A stretch of DNA of 64,000 nucleotides from Candidatus Binatia bacterium. GTDB lineage: Bacteria; Desulfobacterota; Binatia; Bin18. The stretch spans positions 64,001 to 128,000 of the forward strand of contig CAXXHG010000024.1 of NCBI GenBank assembly GCA_963666315.2, in the 5' to 3' direction. A program made the position numbers and the translations under genes. This document shows, piece after piece, positions 29,396 to 39,836 of the stretch; position 1 is the stretch's first letter, and every line of letters begins with the position of its first letter. The notes under the pieces were generated by a model. It saw only the letters and a program-made list of their open reading frames with translations. It was not told the DNA's origin and made no database searches.

Positions 29396-30814
29396 ATGTC
29401 CGAACCCATCCCCGAAATAGACTGCGACGTTGTGGTCATAGGCGGTGGTATTGCCGGTCTCTCGACTGCTGTCAGCGCACTGAACGAAGGTGCTGAGGTC
29501 ATCTTGCTCGAAAAGGCCCCCAAGCTCCAACGCGGTGGCAATTCGGCCATTGCTGACGCCCAAATTCGGTATCCGCATGAACCCGACGGATACTGCCCGA
29601 CTCGACAAACCAAAGAAGACTTTTTTAACGCCTTTATGCGGATGTCGCGCGGTCGGGCGAATAAAGAACTCATTCAGGTTGTTGTCGATAACGCGGCTGA
29701 CGCGGTCGATTGGCTGACCGAGATGGGCATCGAATGGGAGAAGGGCTATCCCAATGTTGCGGGCTATCGCCGTCAACCGGTTGGCGGTGGCTGGCAGTTG
29801 GTGGATACGCTGTACAAGCATATTGAGCGGGCTGGGGTGCATATTGCCTACGAGACCGCTGCTGAGAAGCTCTTGACGGATCGTAGCGGGCGCGTAGTCG
29901 GGGTACGTGTGCTTGAACCCGATGGGTACACGGACATCAAATCCCGAGGCGGCGTTGTCATTGCCTGCGGTGGCTTCGAAGCCAACGTGGAAATGCGCGT
30001 ACGGTATCTAGGCCGTCATATGGATGGACTCATTCTTCGCGGCAGTCGTTATAACACAGGGGATGGTCTGCGGATGGCCTTAGAAATTGGGGCCATGCCT
30101 GCAGGCCAATGGGGAGATTTTCATTCAGCTGTGATTGATGCCCGCTCCACGCCGTTCGAATGTGGTGTGACTGCAATCTATATCTTTCAGCTGGGCTTAT
30201 TCCTTGATGAAGACGGCGAGCGCTTTATGAACGAAGGCGAAGACTTTCGTGATCAAACCTATGTCAAATTCAGTAAGACGATCATGGCCCATAAGAGCGG
30301 CGTCGCGTTTAATGTGTTTGACAATAAGCCACGCGCCGAAGATCCAGAAGCATGGAAGCGGGCGATTCGAACAAAAGAGGACGCGTTTGAAGCCCCGAGC
30401 ATTCGTGAGTTAGCCGCGTGTATCGAAGTCCCAGCTGACCGCATGGAACGAACGATAGAAGAGTATAACGCTGCCTGCCAAACCGGGACATTTGATCCGC
30501 TCAAACTCGACGGCCTGGCCACGCAAGGACTCGCCGTCGACAAAACCAACTGGGCCCGTCCGCTCGACAGCCCACCGTATCTTGCCTATCCCGTGACCGG
30601 CGGAATCACCTTTACCTTCGGCGGTCTCAAGTCCGATTCGAAAGCCGAGGTCATCCACTCCACAGGCCGTATTATTCCCGGTCTGTATGTCGCTGGTGAA
30701 CCTATGGGCGAGCTGTATTACTACAACTACATGGGCGCGACGTCTGTTTTACGAGGCGTGGTATTTGGGCGGATAGCGGGCAGAGAGGCGGCCAAGCCGA
30801 GTCGGGAAGAGTGA
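29396..30814 (+). CDS. FAD-binding oxidoreductase (TcuA/flavocytochrome-c flavin-domain family)
   Basis: DVVVIGGGIAG, RGGNS, ACGGFEAN.EMR..YLG, NTGDG, GITFTFGGL and GLYVAGE motifs. Confidence 0.85.
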   Translation: MSEPIPEIDCDVVVIGGGIAGLSTAVSALNEGAEVILLEKAPKLQRGGNSAIADAQIRYPHEPDGYCPTRQTKEDFFNAFMRMSRGRANKELIQVVVDNAADAVDWLTEMGIEWEKGYPNVAGYRRQPVGGGWQLVDTLYKHIERAGVHIAYETAAEKLLTDRSGRVVGVRVLEPDGYTDIKSRGGVVIACGGFEANVEMRVRYLGRHMDGLILRGSRYNTGDGLRMALEIGAMPAGQWGDFHSAVIDARSTPFECGVTAIYIFQLGLFLDEDGERFMNEGEDFRDQTYVKFSKTIMAHKSGVAFNVFDNKPRAEDPEAWKRAIRTKEDAFEAPSIRELAACIEVPADRMERTIEEYNAACQTGTFDPLKLDGLATQGLAVDKTNWARPLDSPPYLAYPVTGGITFTFGGLKSDSKAEVIHSTGRIIPGLYVAGEPMGELYYYNYMGATSVLRGVVFGRIAGREAAKPSREE

Positions 30815-31065
30815 AGTTGGTTACTCACATCTATCCGGAGAACCCCGTAAAAAATAAGTGGAAATACGAAATTATTCTTTGCTGGAGTGACGAGGACCAA
30901 GCCTATATTGCTGAGGTGCCAGAGTTGCCAGGCTGCATAGCAGATGGACTGACTTATCAAAGAGCTCTCGCTAACGTTGAAGTAATTATCCACGAATGGA
31001 TCGAAACGGCTAAAGAATTGAATCGGTCAGTCCCGGAACCAAAGGGTCGGCTCATGTACGCCTAG
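30811..31065 (+). CDS. Orphan HicB-family antitoxin
   Basis: KYEIILCWSDEDQAYIAEVPELPGCIADGLTYQRAL...WIETAKEL.R.VPEPKGRLMYA; start uncertain, no hicA nearby. Confidence 0.75.
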   Translation: MKLVTHIYPENPVKNKWKYEIILCWSDEDQAYIAEVPELPGCIADGLTYQRALANVEVIIHEWIETAKELNRSVPEPKGRLMYA

Positions 31066-31098
31066 CATCGTCAGAAAATCGTGCGGTCCTGCTAACCC

Positions 31099-31551
31099 TC
31101 ACTCATAATCCGCCCCAGGATTAAACCCGGCGTCTTTGGCTAACACGCCTTTACCTGGAACGTGATTCACCTCGATCCGGCTGCCGTCCGGGTCTTCAAA
31201 CAAGACAGAGTAATATCCCGGTGCCCAAGGGCCTTCTTCGGGTGGGGTGATGATTTTTGCACCCATCTCTTGGAGCAGGCTGTAGATCTGGTCGACATCT
31301 GCTGTGGAACGTGCGCGAAAACAGAAATGGTGTAGACCGACGCGAGTCTGGATAAAGCGCTCGTCTTGATGCTCAGGGGCGCAGCGCCGTATGCCAACGG
31401 CCGTCCGGGCGCCTACGTGGTAGCACATGTCTTTACCGTCAAAGACCAGCTTTAAGCCCAGAAACGGCAAGAGCTTCTTATAGAACTTCTGGCATTCTTC
31501 GAACTGACTGACGGTCAGAATAATATGCGCAATGCCGTTCACTTCGACCAT
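31099..31551 (-). CDS. VOC/glyoxalase-family protein
   Basis: GIAHIILTV, VGLHHFCFRA and YYSVLFEDPDG.RIE motifs. Confidence 0.9.
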   Translation of the reverse strand: MVEVNGIAHIILTVSQFEECQKFYKKLLPFLGLKLVFDGKDMCYHVGARTAVGIRRCAPEHQDERFIQTRVGLHHFCFRARSTADVDQIYSLLQEMGAKIITPPEEGPWAPGYYSVLFEDPDGSRIEVNHVPGKGVLAKDAGFNPGADYE

Positions 31552-31739
31552 GCTGATTTCTCCTCTAATCTCGTTAGGGCTCGCTGGAATTCTTGCGTCG
31601 TGACCTGAAAGCGTTGGAACAAGCGTCTTGCGTCAATCAGGTCATGCGACTGGCGCAGTAAGTGTTGGGCCAACCGTTCGGCAGGGTCATCATCCTGCGT
31701 GCCCGAGGCTGATACAGGCTGGTCAGGGTCTGACATCAA
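31539..31739 (-). CDS. Small hypothetical protein
   Basis: AAGGAG RBS; overlaps the VOC gene start. Confidence 0.5.
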   Translation of the reverse strand: MMSDPDQPVSASGTQDDDPAERLAQHLLRQSHDLIDARRLFQRFQVTTQEFQRALTRLEEKSAWSK

Positions 31740-31895
31740 TGTTTCTCCTTCTTTTATTTTTTCTTGTCATAGGATGTACTTATATCATCAGAATCGGAAG
31801 TCCCCTGCGCTGCTTACAGCTGCAAAAGGTTGATTTTTGAAGTTTTGCGGGCCTAGTCGTCCGCCAATGTGGCGCCTGCGTTAGTCTGTGGAATC

Positions 31896-33026
31896 TCAGG
31901 GGGCCTTGAGGCCGAACACCTCTGCGGTGTGCTCTCCCAGCTTGGGTGCGGGTGACCGAAAATTCGGCCGTTTGCCGTCTATCGAAAAGGGTAAAGCCAT
32001 GATCTCAAGGTCGGCTCCGGGCACAGGCCGCATGATGTCCAGAGCCTGCGTCTGAGGCTGGGCAAGGACTTCCGGAATGGTGAGTATGGGCGCGCAAGGA
32101 ACGCCGGCTGCTTCAAGCCGTTCCATCCAGACTTCTTTTGTCTCTTGCAATATATGTGACTTGATCTGTTGAATCAGATGTTCGCGATGTTTCATCCGAT
32201 TTGCATTCGTTTGGTAGCGGGGGTCTGTCGTCCATTCTTCACGGCCGAGCACCTTGGCCAACTTAAAAAAAAGACGACTATTCGCCACGCCCAGCACTAA
32301 GGGACCGTTTTTGGTTTCAAATGCCCCAAAGGCGACCTGACGCGGACTTCCGGTTGCGTGTCGAGCCGGGGCTTTGCCCGTCTTTTTATATTGCACCAGA
32401 GCCGTGCTGATTAAGAAGACGGCCGTTTCAAACAGTGATGTCTGGATGACACAACCGCGTCCCGTCTTATCCCGTTTGCGCAGTGCGGCCAGCGCCGCAA
32501 TGGCCGTCCACATGCCGGTTCCATAATCTACCACCGACGTGCCCATCCGGACGGGCGGACCGTCTTCCTGACCGGTCAGACTCATGAGCCCGCCAAACGC
32601 CTGGAGCAAAATCTCATAGCCCGGTTTTTGCTTCAGTGGTCCTGTGTGTCCAAAGGCGGTCACAGCGCAATAGATGAGTTGGGGATTGCGCGACAGCAGA
32701 ACGTCTGCTTCTAAGCCGACTTGTTCGGTCACGCCAGGTCGTAAGTTGTGTAAGAAAATGTCCGTCCCCTCGATGAGGGTCTACAGGCGTTCCATTTCTT
32801 CCGGATTTTTGAAATTCACCACAACCGAACGTTTGTTGCGATTCATATTGTGGAAGGGCAGGGCGGCATCGTCAACAAACGGAGGACCCCAGGCACGGGC
32901 GTCATCGCCGGTTTCCGGTCGTTCAACCTTAATGACATCCGCGCCCAGATCGGCCATGATGACCCCGGCTAAAGGACCGGCTAGATTGAGTCCGACCTCG
33001 ACGACTTTCACTCCTGAGAGCGGCAT
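31896..33026 (-). pseudogene. CaiB/BaiF class III CoA-transferase with in-frame TAG at 32781-32783
   Basis: PLSGVKVVE...LAGP...LGADVIKVE...NRNKRS...ERL*TLIEGTDIFLHNLRPG in one frame, ending APKLGEHT. Confidence 0.9.
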
Positions 33027-33106
33027 GTAGTGCTCCGTTTCATTCTATTTTTATAGGTGACTGTCATAGCTGGACTGCTCTTTTTTTGAAAAAACTACGG
33101 GATAGT

Positions 33107-33403
33107 CTATTGCATCCAAAGATCCGGCTTGAAGAATAGGATTAAAGCGGCGCACACCCCGAGGAAGAGGAGGGCGCCCACAATGACCACGCCACAGCCC
33201 AAGGTTGTACCAGCTGTGCCAGCTGAATCTTGATTGTGAGTGAGCTGACCGTCTTCTGACACTTGTAAGGCAGCAAGGCTCGGCCTAGTTGGTTTACCGG
33301 TCCGTAAATCATAGCCACAATAACGGCACACCACTGCCCGGCGCTTAATGGTCTCGGCGCAATACGGGCAGTTTTTTGTGCTGAAGGACAGGATGCTGGC
33401 CAT
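33107..33403 (-). CDS. Zinc-ribbon (UPF0547-like) membrane protein
   Basis: KNCPYCAETIKRRAVVCRYCGYD plus a C-terminal transmembrane helix. Confidence 0.75.
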   Translation of the reverse strand: MASILSFSTKNCPYCAETIKRRAVVCRYCGYDLRTGKPTRPSLAALQVSEDGQLTHNQDSAGTAGTTLGCGVVIVGALLFLGVCAALILFFKPDLWMQ

Positions 33404-33636
33404 TGTTGTAAGGGTTTCTTTTATCTTGAATGCCGCGACAGTATCTTTTCCGCAATTCCCCCTTGCCCGCTGCGTTGGTAACATCACGCGTCACTTGCTA
33501 TTTTAAGGAAACTGCCTGGGTTGAATAGAATGGCATATATGGGGGTGGCCGCGTACTGGGTACGGGCTTCTCCCCTCAAGGGAATATCCAAGGGAATATC
33601 AAAGGAAATATCAATGTGGAGGGGGATGACGTCACT

Positions 33637-34851
33637 ATGGAGCAATTATTAACAGACCACGATACACGCCACACGATAGACGGACTCATACACGATCGCA
33701 GATGGCAGGATACCTCTGCGGCTGCTCTCATCCTTGAACGAGAGGCTGACGATGTCATAGCGGCAGTGCTTGAGAGGCTGCACGGCCCCTAGGTGTTGGA
33801 TCTGCTGGAATGGCTCCCGACGGACCGTGTGGCCACAGTTCGTGCTGCAACCACTCCTGACAAACTCGCACAATGGGAAGTCAACGCGCGCTATCCAGAA
33901 CACAGCATAGGCCGTATTATGGAACTTCCCGTCGGCGTCATGAATGCCCATACCACCGTGGCCGAAGCTATTGAACAACTGCGTCACGCAGTCCGAAAAG
34001 CATTCATCACCTATTTGTATGTGACCGACGAGCAGGACAAGCTGATCGGTGTCGTGGTCATGCGTGAAATGCTCCTCGCAGACCACAAGCAAAAATTGGC
34101 AGACATTATGCTGGGTGATCCGTTCAGTTTTTCCCCTGATTTGTCTGTAAGCGATGCGATGAAGCTCGGCGTTGCGCGCCATTTCCCGGTCTATCCGGTG
34201 TGCGATGAACAGGGACGACTTATCGGCTTGATCCGGGGCGAGAATCTGTTCGAGCAGAACGTCTTTGAGATTATCGTCCAGGCCGGTAGCATGGTCGGCG
34301 TCGAGAAAGAGGAGCGTGCTTCAACTCCATGGCCGCGCTCGCTCAAGATGCGCCACCCTTGGCTCCAGCTCAATTTGCTGACCGCCTTTGTGGCTGGGGC
34401 CGTTGTCGGCATTTTCGAAGAGACTATTGACCAGGTTGTGGTGTTGGCCGTCTTTCTGCCCGTCCTCGCCGGACAGTCCGGCAATACCGGCTGCCAGGCG
34501 CTTGCCGTGACGCTGGGTGACTTGGCTGAGGATTCCCCCGGGGCGATGGTTTGGAAGGAGGCCTTTTTAGGCTTACTCAATGGCGCGATTGTTGGCCTGG
34601 TCGCAGGCGGGGTGATGTATTGGTACGCCTCTAATGCAGGAAACCCGGCTGCGTTGACTCTGAGTCTGGCGGTCTTGCTGGCCATGACTGGGAGCTGTAT
34701 GGCCAGCGGAATATTTTGCACGCTCGTCCGCATCGTTCTGAAGAGAATGGGTGCTGACCCTGCCACCGCTTCCAGCATCTTCCTGACCACGACAACCGAC
34801 GTGATCAGCATGGGACTCTTACTCGGTCTAGCGAGTCTGTTGGTGTTGTAA
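33637..34851 (+). pseudogene. mgtE: MgtE magnesium transporter with in-frame TAG at 33790-33792
   Basis: CBS pair, RHPWLQLNL, LAGQSGNTGCQA and DPATASSIFLTTTTD motifs; the N-terminus from 33637 is in frame across the TAG. Confidence 0.85.
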
Positions 34852-35028
34852 CTGACTCGCTCTGAGAAGCGGTGTCTTACCACCAATGTTTTCTTGCGCG
34901 TTTCTTTGTGCACCTCAGTTTGGCCTTGGCGTCTGGCTCGATGCTGAAAACGATTGTCGCTGCGTGTGGCCCGCTTCCGATAGGGCCGTGGGGCTTGAAA
35001 GCAGCCGGTTCGGCTGGCCGACTATAAA

Positions 35029-35169
35029 AACGGCAGACTACTGCCCGGCGCTTGATAGTCTCAGCGCAATAAGGACAGGTCTTTAGATTCAGTGAAACGA
35101 TTTTTCGCATTGCTTGTGTGTATGTCCTGTGTCTTGAATGCCGGGACGTTCGCGTTTGCGCAATTCCCC
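35029..35169. repeat. Diverged direct repeat of 33322-33461 (zinc-ribbon gene start)
   Basis: The minus strand again encodes CPYCAETIKRRAVVCR; TCTTGAATGCCG and CGCAATTCCCC blocks are shared. Confidence 0.85.
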
Positions 35170-36393
35170 TCGTCTTTGTTTTCCCAGGAGACACTCAGTG
35201 GCGACTGGAGTGGTCTCCGTTCGACCTTGCAAGAGCGGGGACTCACGTTTGAGCTGGGTTATATTGGAGAAGTGTGGTCTAACCTGAGCGGCGGGCGCTC
35301 TCGAAAAACCGCCTACCTGGATAACGTCGACCTGCAATTGACCCTGGATGCTGAGACGGCATTCGGCTGGCAGGGGGCCAGTATCTTCGTGTATGGCCTC
35401 GGCAACCAGGGTGATGACCCGAGTAGTTTTGTCGGAGATTATCAAACCATTAGTAATATTGAGGCGCCGGCGACGTGGAAATTGTTTGAAGCCTGGTTCC
35501 AGCAAAACTTTTTCGATAATAGATATTCCCTCCTCGTTGGTCTGTACGACGTGAATGCCGAGTTTGACTATGCTGAGTCGGCGCAGCTGTTTCTGCAGAG
35601 TTCATTTGGGACAGGTCCTGATTTTTCACAGAGCGGTATGAATGGGCCATCGATTTTTCCCACCACATCTTTCGGCGTGCGTCTTGCTGCCCGTCCTCTT
35701 GCCCGACTGTATTTCCAAGCTGCTGTCCTTGATGGCATTGCGGGTGATCCGAACGATCCGCACGGCACCCAGATTATCTTTGGCAGCCATGACGGTCTGC
35801 TCGTTACAACCGAAGCCGCGTATCTGATTGGGACGGATGAGGAGGAATACGGACGAGGCATAGGACGGGGATATGAGGTCCCGTACCGCGGAAAGATTAC
35901 TGTGGGCGGGTGGTTTTACACGGAAAAATTCGATGGTATTCGGACGATTGCGGACCAGGGAAAGACATATAAACGGAGGGGTAATCACGGCGTCTACGGC
36001 TTAGCCGAATATACAGTCTGGAACGAGCCGGAGCACCAAGATCAAGCCTTGACATTTTTTGTCCGCATTGGCTTCGCGGACTCAGCGGTAAACCAAATCT
36101 CACTCTACACCGGTGGTGGGGCCGTCTATACTGGCCTACTGCCCGGGCGTGATGAGGATGAGGTTGGCTTTGGTATTGCGGCAGCGCACAATGGGCGCCG
36201 TTTTAAGCAGGCCCAACGTAGGCTGGGCAGTCCGGTCGAGAATTCGGAAATCGCTTTTGAATTGACCTACCGGGCACAGCTCACACCCTGGCTCGCGCTT
36301 CAGCCGATTTTGGCCTACGTGGTGAACCCGGGGACAGACCCCCACCTCCACGATGCCGTTGTCTTTGGCATGCGCTTTGAGATGGCTCTGTAG
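35092..36393 (+). CDS. OprB-family carbohydrate-selective porin
   Basis: LSGDWSGLRSTLQERGL, EAWFQQ, GLLPGRDED..GFG and ELTYRAQLTPWLALQP..YVVNPG motifs. Confidence 0.92.
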   Translation: MKRFFALLVCMSCVLNAGTFAFAQFPSSLFSQETLSGDWSGLRSTLQERGLTFELGYIGEVWSNLSGGRSRKTAYLDNVDLQLTLDAETAFGWQGASIFVYGLGNQGDDPSSFVGDYQTISNIEAPATWKLFEAWFQQNFFDNRYSLLVGLYDVNAEFDYAESAQLFLQSSFGTGPDFSQSGMNGPSIFPTTSFGVRLAARPLARLYFQAAVLDGIAGDPNDPHGTQIIFGSHDGLLVTTEAAYLIGTDEEEYGRGIGRGYEVPYRGKITVGGWFYTEKFDGIRTIADQGKTYKRRGNHGVYGLAEYTVWNEPEHQDQALTFFVRIGFADSAVNQISLYTGGGAVYTGLLPGRDEDEVGFGIAAAHNGRRFKQAQRRLGSPVENSEIAFELTYRAQLTPWLALQPILAYVVNPGTDPHLHDAVVFGMRFEMAL

Positions 36394-36409
36394 TTGGATT
36401 GCTTGCTCT

Positions 36410-37195
36410 TTAGCGTCCGCGGAAATTTGGTTTACGTTTGGCCAGAAACGCACTCACGCCTTCCCGAAAATCTTCGCTCATATAGGCGCGGACAATGAGA
36501 TCCTCTCCCAGCATGTCCTCGCCGATCGATCGCCGATACTGTTGTAAGCGTCGGACGGCTTCCTTGGTGACTTGGAGGGTAATGGGTGCATGCTGAGAGA
36601 TTTCCTGGGCGATGTGACGGACCTGGTCAGCAAGCTGGCTCGCTTCAAAAATATCATTGACCAAGCCGAGTTGCAGTGCTTGGTCCGCGTTCACCAATCT
36701 CGCCCGAAACATCAGTTCTTTGGTTCTGGCTGGGCCTATGACGTCAACAATGCGGGCATGGATGGCAACCGTGAGGCAATTCCCCAAAGTGCGCGCAATC
36801 GGAAATCCAATCTGGCTGTCTGGGCTGCAATAACGTAAATCACACACCAGGGCTAAGGCGGCGCCTGCGCCCACGGCAAAACCTTGAATGGCGGCGATAG
36901 TGGGCTTCTTGACGGTTTCCAGCCGGCTGATGAGACGCTCCAGCTTTTGCTCATATCCGATGGCATCTTGAGCCGTTTTGAATGCGGTGAACTGGCTGAT
37001 GTCGGTGCCTGAGACAAACGCCTTGTCACCGGCGCCGCGGAGGATCAGGACTTTGATCTGATCGTCTTGATCGACACTGTCACAGACGTCTTCTAGTGCT
37101 TGGTACATACCCCAGGTCAGGGCATTGCGCGCCTGAGGACGGTTAAAGGTCACAGTGGCGATTGATCCCTCGCGTTCAAAGAGCAGTTCACTCAT
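36410..37195 (-). CDS. Enoyl-CoA hydratase/isomerase family
   Basis: FNRPQARNAL, AFVSGTDI, KPTIAAI.G.AVG and SEDFREGV..F..KR.P motifs. Confidence 0.92.
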   Translation of the reverse strand: MSELLFEREGSIATVTFNRPQARNALTWGMYQALEDVCDSVDQDDQIKVLILRGAGDKAFVSGTDISQFTAFKTAQDAIGYEQKLERLISRLETVKKPTIAAIQGFAVGAGAALALVCDLRYCSPDSQIGFPIARTLGNCLTVAIHARIVDVIGPARTKELMFRARLVNADQALQLGLVNDIFEASQLADQVRHIAQEISQHAPITLQVTKEAVRRLQQYRRSIGEDMLGEDLIVRAYMSEDFREGVSAFLAKRKPNFRGR

Positions 37196-37225
37196 AGTTG
37201 GGTTCCGTGTACGGGTCGCCCGCCC

Positions 37226-38854
37226 CTATGAATCTGGTGACGAGGCGTGGAGCTGCAACTTTTCTCCTTCGCTTGTTGCCATGACCGTGGTCACGGCTAA
37301 GTCCCCGGTCACATTGACTGCCGTCCGAAACATGTCAAGGATCCGGTCAACACCGAGAATCAGGGCCAAGCCGATAGTCGGAATGCCAGTTGAAGTGAGA
37401 ACCAGGGCGAGCGTAATCATGCCCGCACCGGGAACGCCCGCCGCGCCTATGGAGGCCATTGTGGCTGCCAGGACAATGCTGAGTTGGCTACCTAACGAAA
37501 GGTCGGTTTGAAAAACCTGAGCAATGAAAATCGCGGCAACACCTTGGTAGAGCGCTGTGCCATCCATATTGACCGTCGAACCGAGCGGCAGCACAAAACT
37601 GGCGACGGGCTTGCTTACGCCAATATTTTTTTCTGCGCATTCCATGGAAACAGGCAGAGTTGCGGATGAAGACGACGTGGAAAACGCGATGAGTTGAGCC
37701 GGACGAGCCGCGCGCATGAATGCGCCCCATGGAATGCGTCCGATAAAGCGCACCAAACCGCCATACACAATGCCGGCATGGATGGCGAGGCCGAGCAGCA
37801 CAGTGCCCGCGTATACCAGCAATGCGGTCAAGACGCTGACCCCGCTGGTGCCGATTACTTCTGCGACAAGAGCCGCCACGCCATACGGAGCCAGCTCCAT
37901 CACCCATTGGATGATAACGATCATGGCATTCTGGATTTTTTCGAAAAGAGTGATGACAATCGCGCCCTCATCCGGTCCCAGCGCAGTAATAGCCACCCCA
38001 AGAATAATGGCAAAGAAAATAATCTGCAGCATATTGCCGCTGACGAGAGATTCGACCGGGTTGGTTGGGATAATCGATAATAATGTGTCTATTGTCGACG
38101 GAGCGACTGCGGCGGCGGTCAGTCGATCTCCGGCTGCTGTACCGAATTGCGCCAGGAGGAGCGTACGATCGGCGGGATCAATAAATTGGCCGGGTTGAAT
38201 CACGTATGCGCAGGCAAGGCCTATGGAGACGGCAATGGCTGTCGTGCCAAGGTAGAGGCCGAGGGTGCGACCGCCGAGGCGTCCGAGTTTGCGTATGTCG
38301 CCTAAGCCGGCGACGCCAACAAAGAGGGAGGCAAAGACCAGTGGGACGACGACCATTTTGATCAGCCGCATGAATAACTGACCCACTGGTCGCAGTACGG
38401 TAATGACTTGATCGCCAATTTGGCTGATCGGGCGTGGCGAAGAGGCAAATCCACCACCTTCTAACGGGGTGGTGTTAATCTGCAACCAACCTTCGACTTT
38501 GTTTCTTGGTGAGGCAACTCTGAGCCGCTGACTGAGTTGGCCGGACTGGTCAGCCAGGGCGAGTTTTCTACTAAAGGGAAACTGGACTTTGGCCCAAACG
38601 GGAACCTCTGTCTCTTCCCCGATGAGATCCTGACGTGTCTCTCGGCGGGTTTCGAGCAGCATCATACGGATTGGAATACCCGCCGGGAGCTGAGTCCGAG
38701 AGGACTGATCGGCTGGGTCTTGCTGAAAGACGGCGCGCGCGGGGTCAGGAATCTTATACAGATCGTGGGTCAGGAAGAGAGAATTGGGTCCAAGAAAAAT
38801 ACCCAGTAGGGTACCGACTACCATCCCAATGAGAATCTTGGTGTAAATTTGCAT
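37226..38854 (-). CDS. Dicarboxylate/amino acid:cation symporter (DAACS) with a large inserted domain
   Basis: FMRLIKMVVVPLVF, AFSTSSSSATLP, NMDGT, AAGVPGAG and DRILDMFRT.VNV.GD motifs. Confidence 0.93.
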   Translation of the reverse strand: MQIYTKILIGMVVGTLLGIFLGPNSLFLTHDLYKIPDPARAVFQQDPADQSSRTQLPAGIPIRMMLLETRRETRQDLIGEETEVPVWAKVQFPFSRKLALADQSGQLSQRLRVASPRNKVEGWLQINTTPLEGGGFASSPRPISQIGDQVITVLRPVGQLFMRLIKMVVVPLVFASLFVGVAGLGDIRKLGRLGGRTLGLYLGTTAIAVSIGLACAYVIQPGQFIDPADRTLLLAQFGTAAGDRLTAAAVAPSTIDTLLSIIPTNPVESLVSGNMLQIIFFAIILGVAITALGPDEGAIVITLFEKIQNAMIVIIQWVMELAPYGVAALVAEVIGTSGVSVLTALLVYAGTVLLGLAIHAGIVYGGLVRFIGRIPWGAFMRAARPAQLIAFSTSSSSATLPVSMECAEKNIGVSKPVASFVLPLGSTVNMDGTALYQGVAAIFIAQVFQTDLSLGSQLSIVLAATMASIGAAGVPGAGMITLALVLTSTGIPTIGLALILGVDRILDMFRTAVNVTGDLAVTTVMATSEGEKLQLHASSPDS

Positions 38855-38927
38855 ATTTTGAGTAATGAGTCAGGCAAGAGCGCATCAGCCAGCCTGGCGC
38901 GTATCCGAGTTCTGGTCGGCGCAGACT

Positions 38928-39836
38928 CTAGGATTCGTTGGCGTCGTCCCACGTCCCGCGTACGGTTGTTTGCGTTTGCTGCTCTAAGGCTTTAATAGTC
39001 GCCAGCACGTCTTCTTGAGCAAACCCACTCGACTGATAGCCTTTGAGGAGTCCTTCTGCGGCCTTGGCAACCGTGAGGGGGACGTCCAGCTCTTTGGCTA
39101 GGTCGCTAGCCAGGCCCATATCCTTGCAGGCCAGGTCTATCGTAAACGTCGGAGCGAGGCGATCGCGCAAGATCGCCCGCGTCCCGGACTCCCACACAAA
39201 GCTATTGCCGCTACTCGCTTTCACAATCTTCCACAATGCATTGGGGTCGACTCCGGCCTTCGCTCCGAGAATCAACGCTTCAGCACTGCCCATCATCTGA
39301 ATAAAGGCCAACATATTGTTGACCAGCTTGGCCACATTGCCGGCGCCAATATCCCCAACATGAAAGACATTGTTGCCCATGCACTTGAGCACGGGCTCGC
39401 AGCTGTCATACACAGCTTTGTCCCCACCAACCATGATGGCCAAGGTTCCTTTTCGAGCGCCTCGCACCCCGCCGCTTACTGGTGCGTCAAGAAAGGCGAC
39501 ACCCTGGTTATTGGCCTTTTTGGCGAGCTCTTTCACCACAGTGGGAGCATTCGTACTCATGTCCACAATGGTTTTTCCGCTGGCGATGCCTGCCAACACG
39601 CCAGTGTCAGACAGGACGACGGCTTCGACATGCGCCGGCATGGGTAAGGACAGGAATACTGCTTCCGCGCCTTCTGCAGCTGCCTGCGGGCTGTCGGCCC
39701 AGGTTGCGCCGTCTTCTATCAGGTTTTCTGCAGCCTCACGCTTGATGTCGTGAACGTGTAAGGAATGGCCACCTTTTATGAGATTCAGTGCCATGGGATT
39801 GCCCATATTGCCAACGCCAATAAAGCCGAATTTCAT
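38928..39836 (-). CDS. 3-hydroxyisobutyrate dehydrogenase-family oxidoreductase
   Basis: GFIGVGNMGNPMA, DAPVSGG and GAGNVAKLVNN motifs. Confidence 0.92.
   Translation of the reverse strand: MKFGFIGVGNMGNPMALNLIKGGHSLHVHDIKREAAENLIEDGATWADSPQAAAEGAEAVFLSLPMPAHVEAVVLSDTGVLAGIASGKTIVDMSTNAPTVVKELAKKANNQGVAFLDAPVSGGVRGARKGTLAIMVGGDKAVYDSCEPVLKCMGNNVFHVGDIGAGNVAKLVNNMLAFIQMMGSAEALILGAKAGVDPNALWKIVKASSGNSFVWESGTRAILRDRLAPTFTIDLACKDMGLASDLAKELDVPLTVAKAAEGLLKGYQSSGFAQEDVLATIKALEQQTQTTVRGTWDDANES

Noticed and set aside
32781-33792. Amber recoding or pyrrolysine, suggested by in-frame TAGs in the CoA-transferase and mgtE
   Set aside because: TAG terminates intact genes here (e.g. 1349, 7194, 13289), and other lesions are TAA or frameshifts. 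Nonsense mutation is the simpler explanation.
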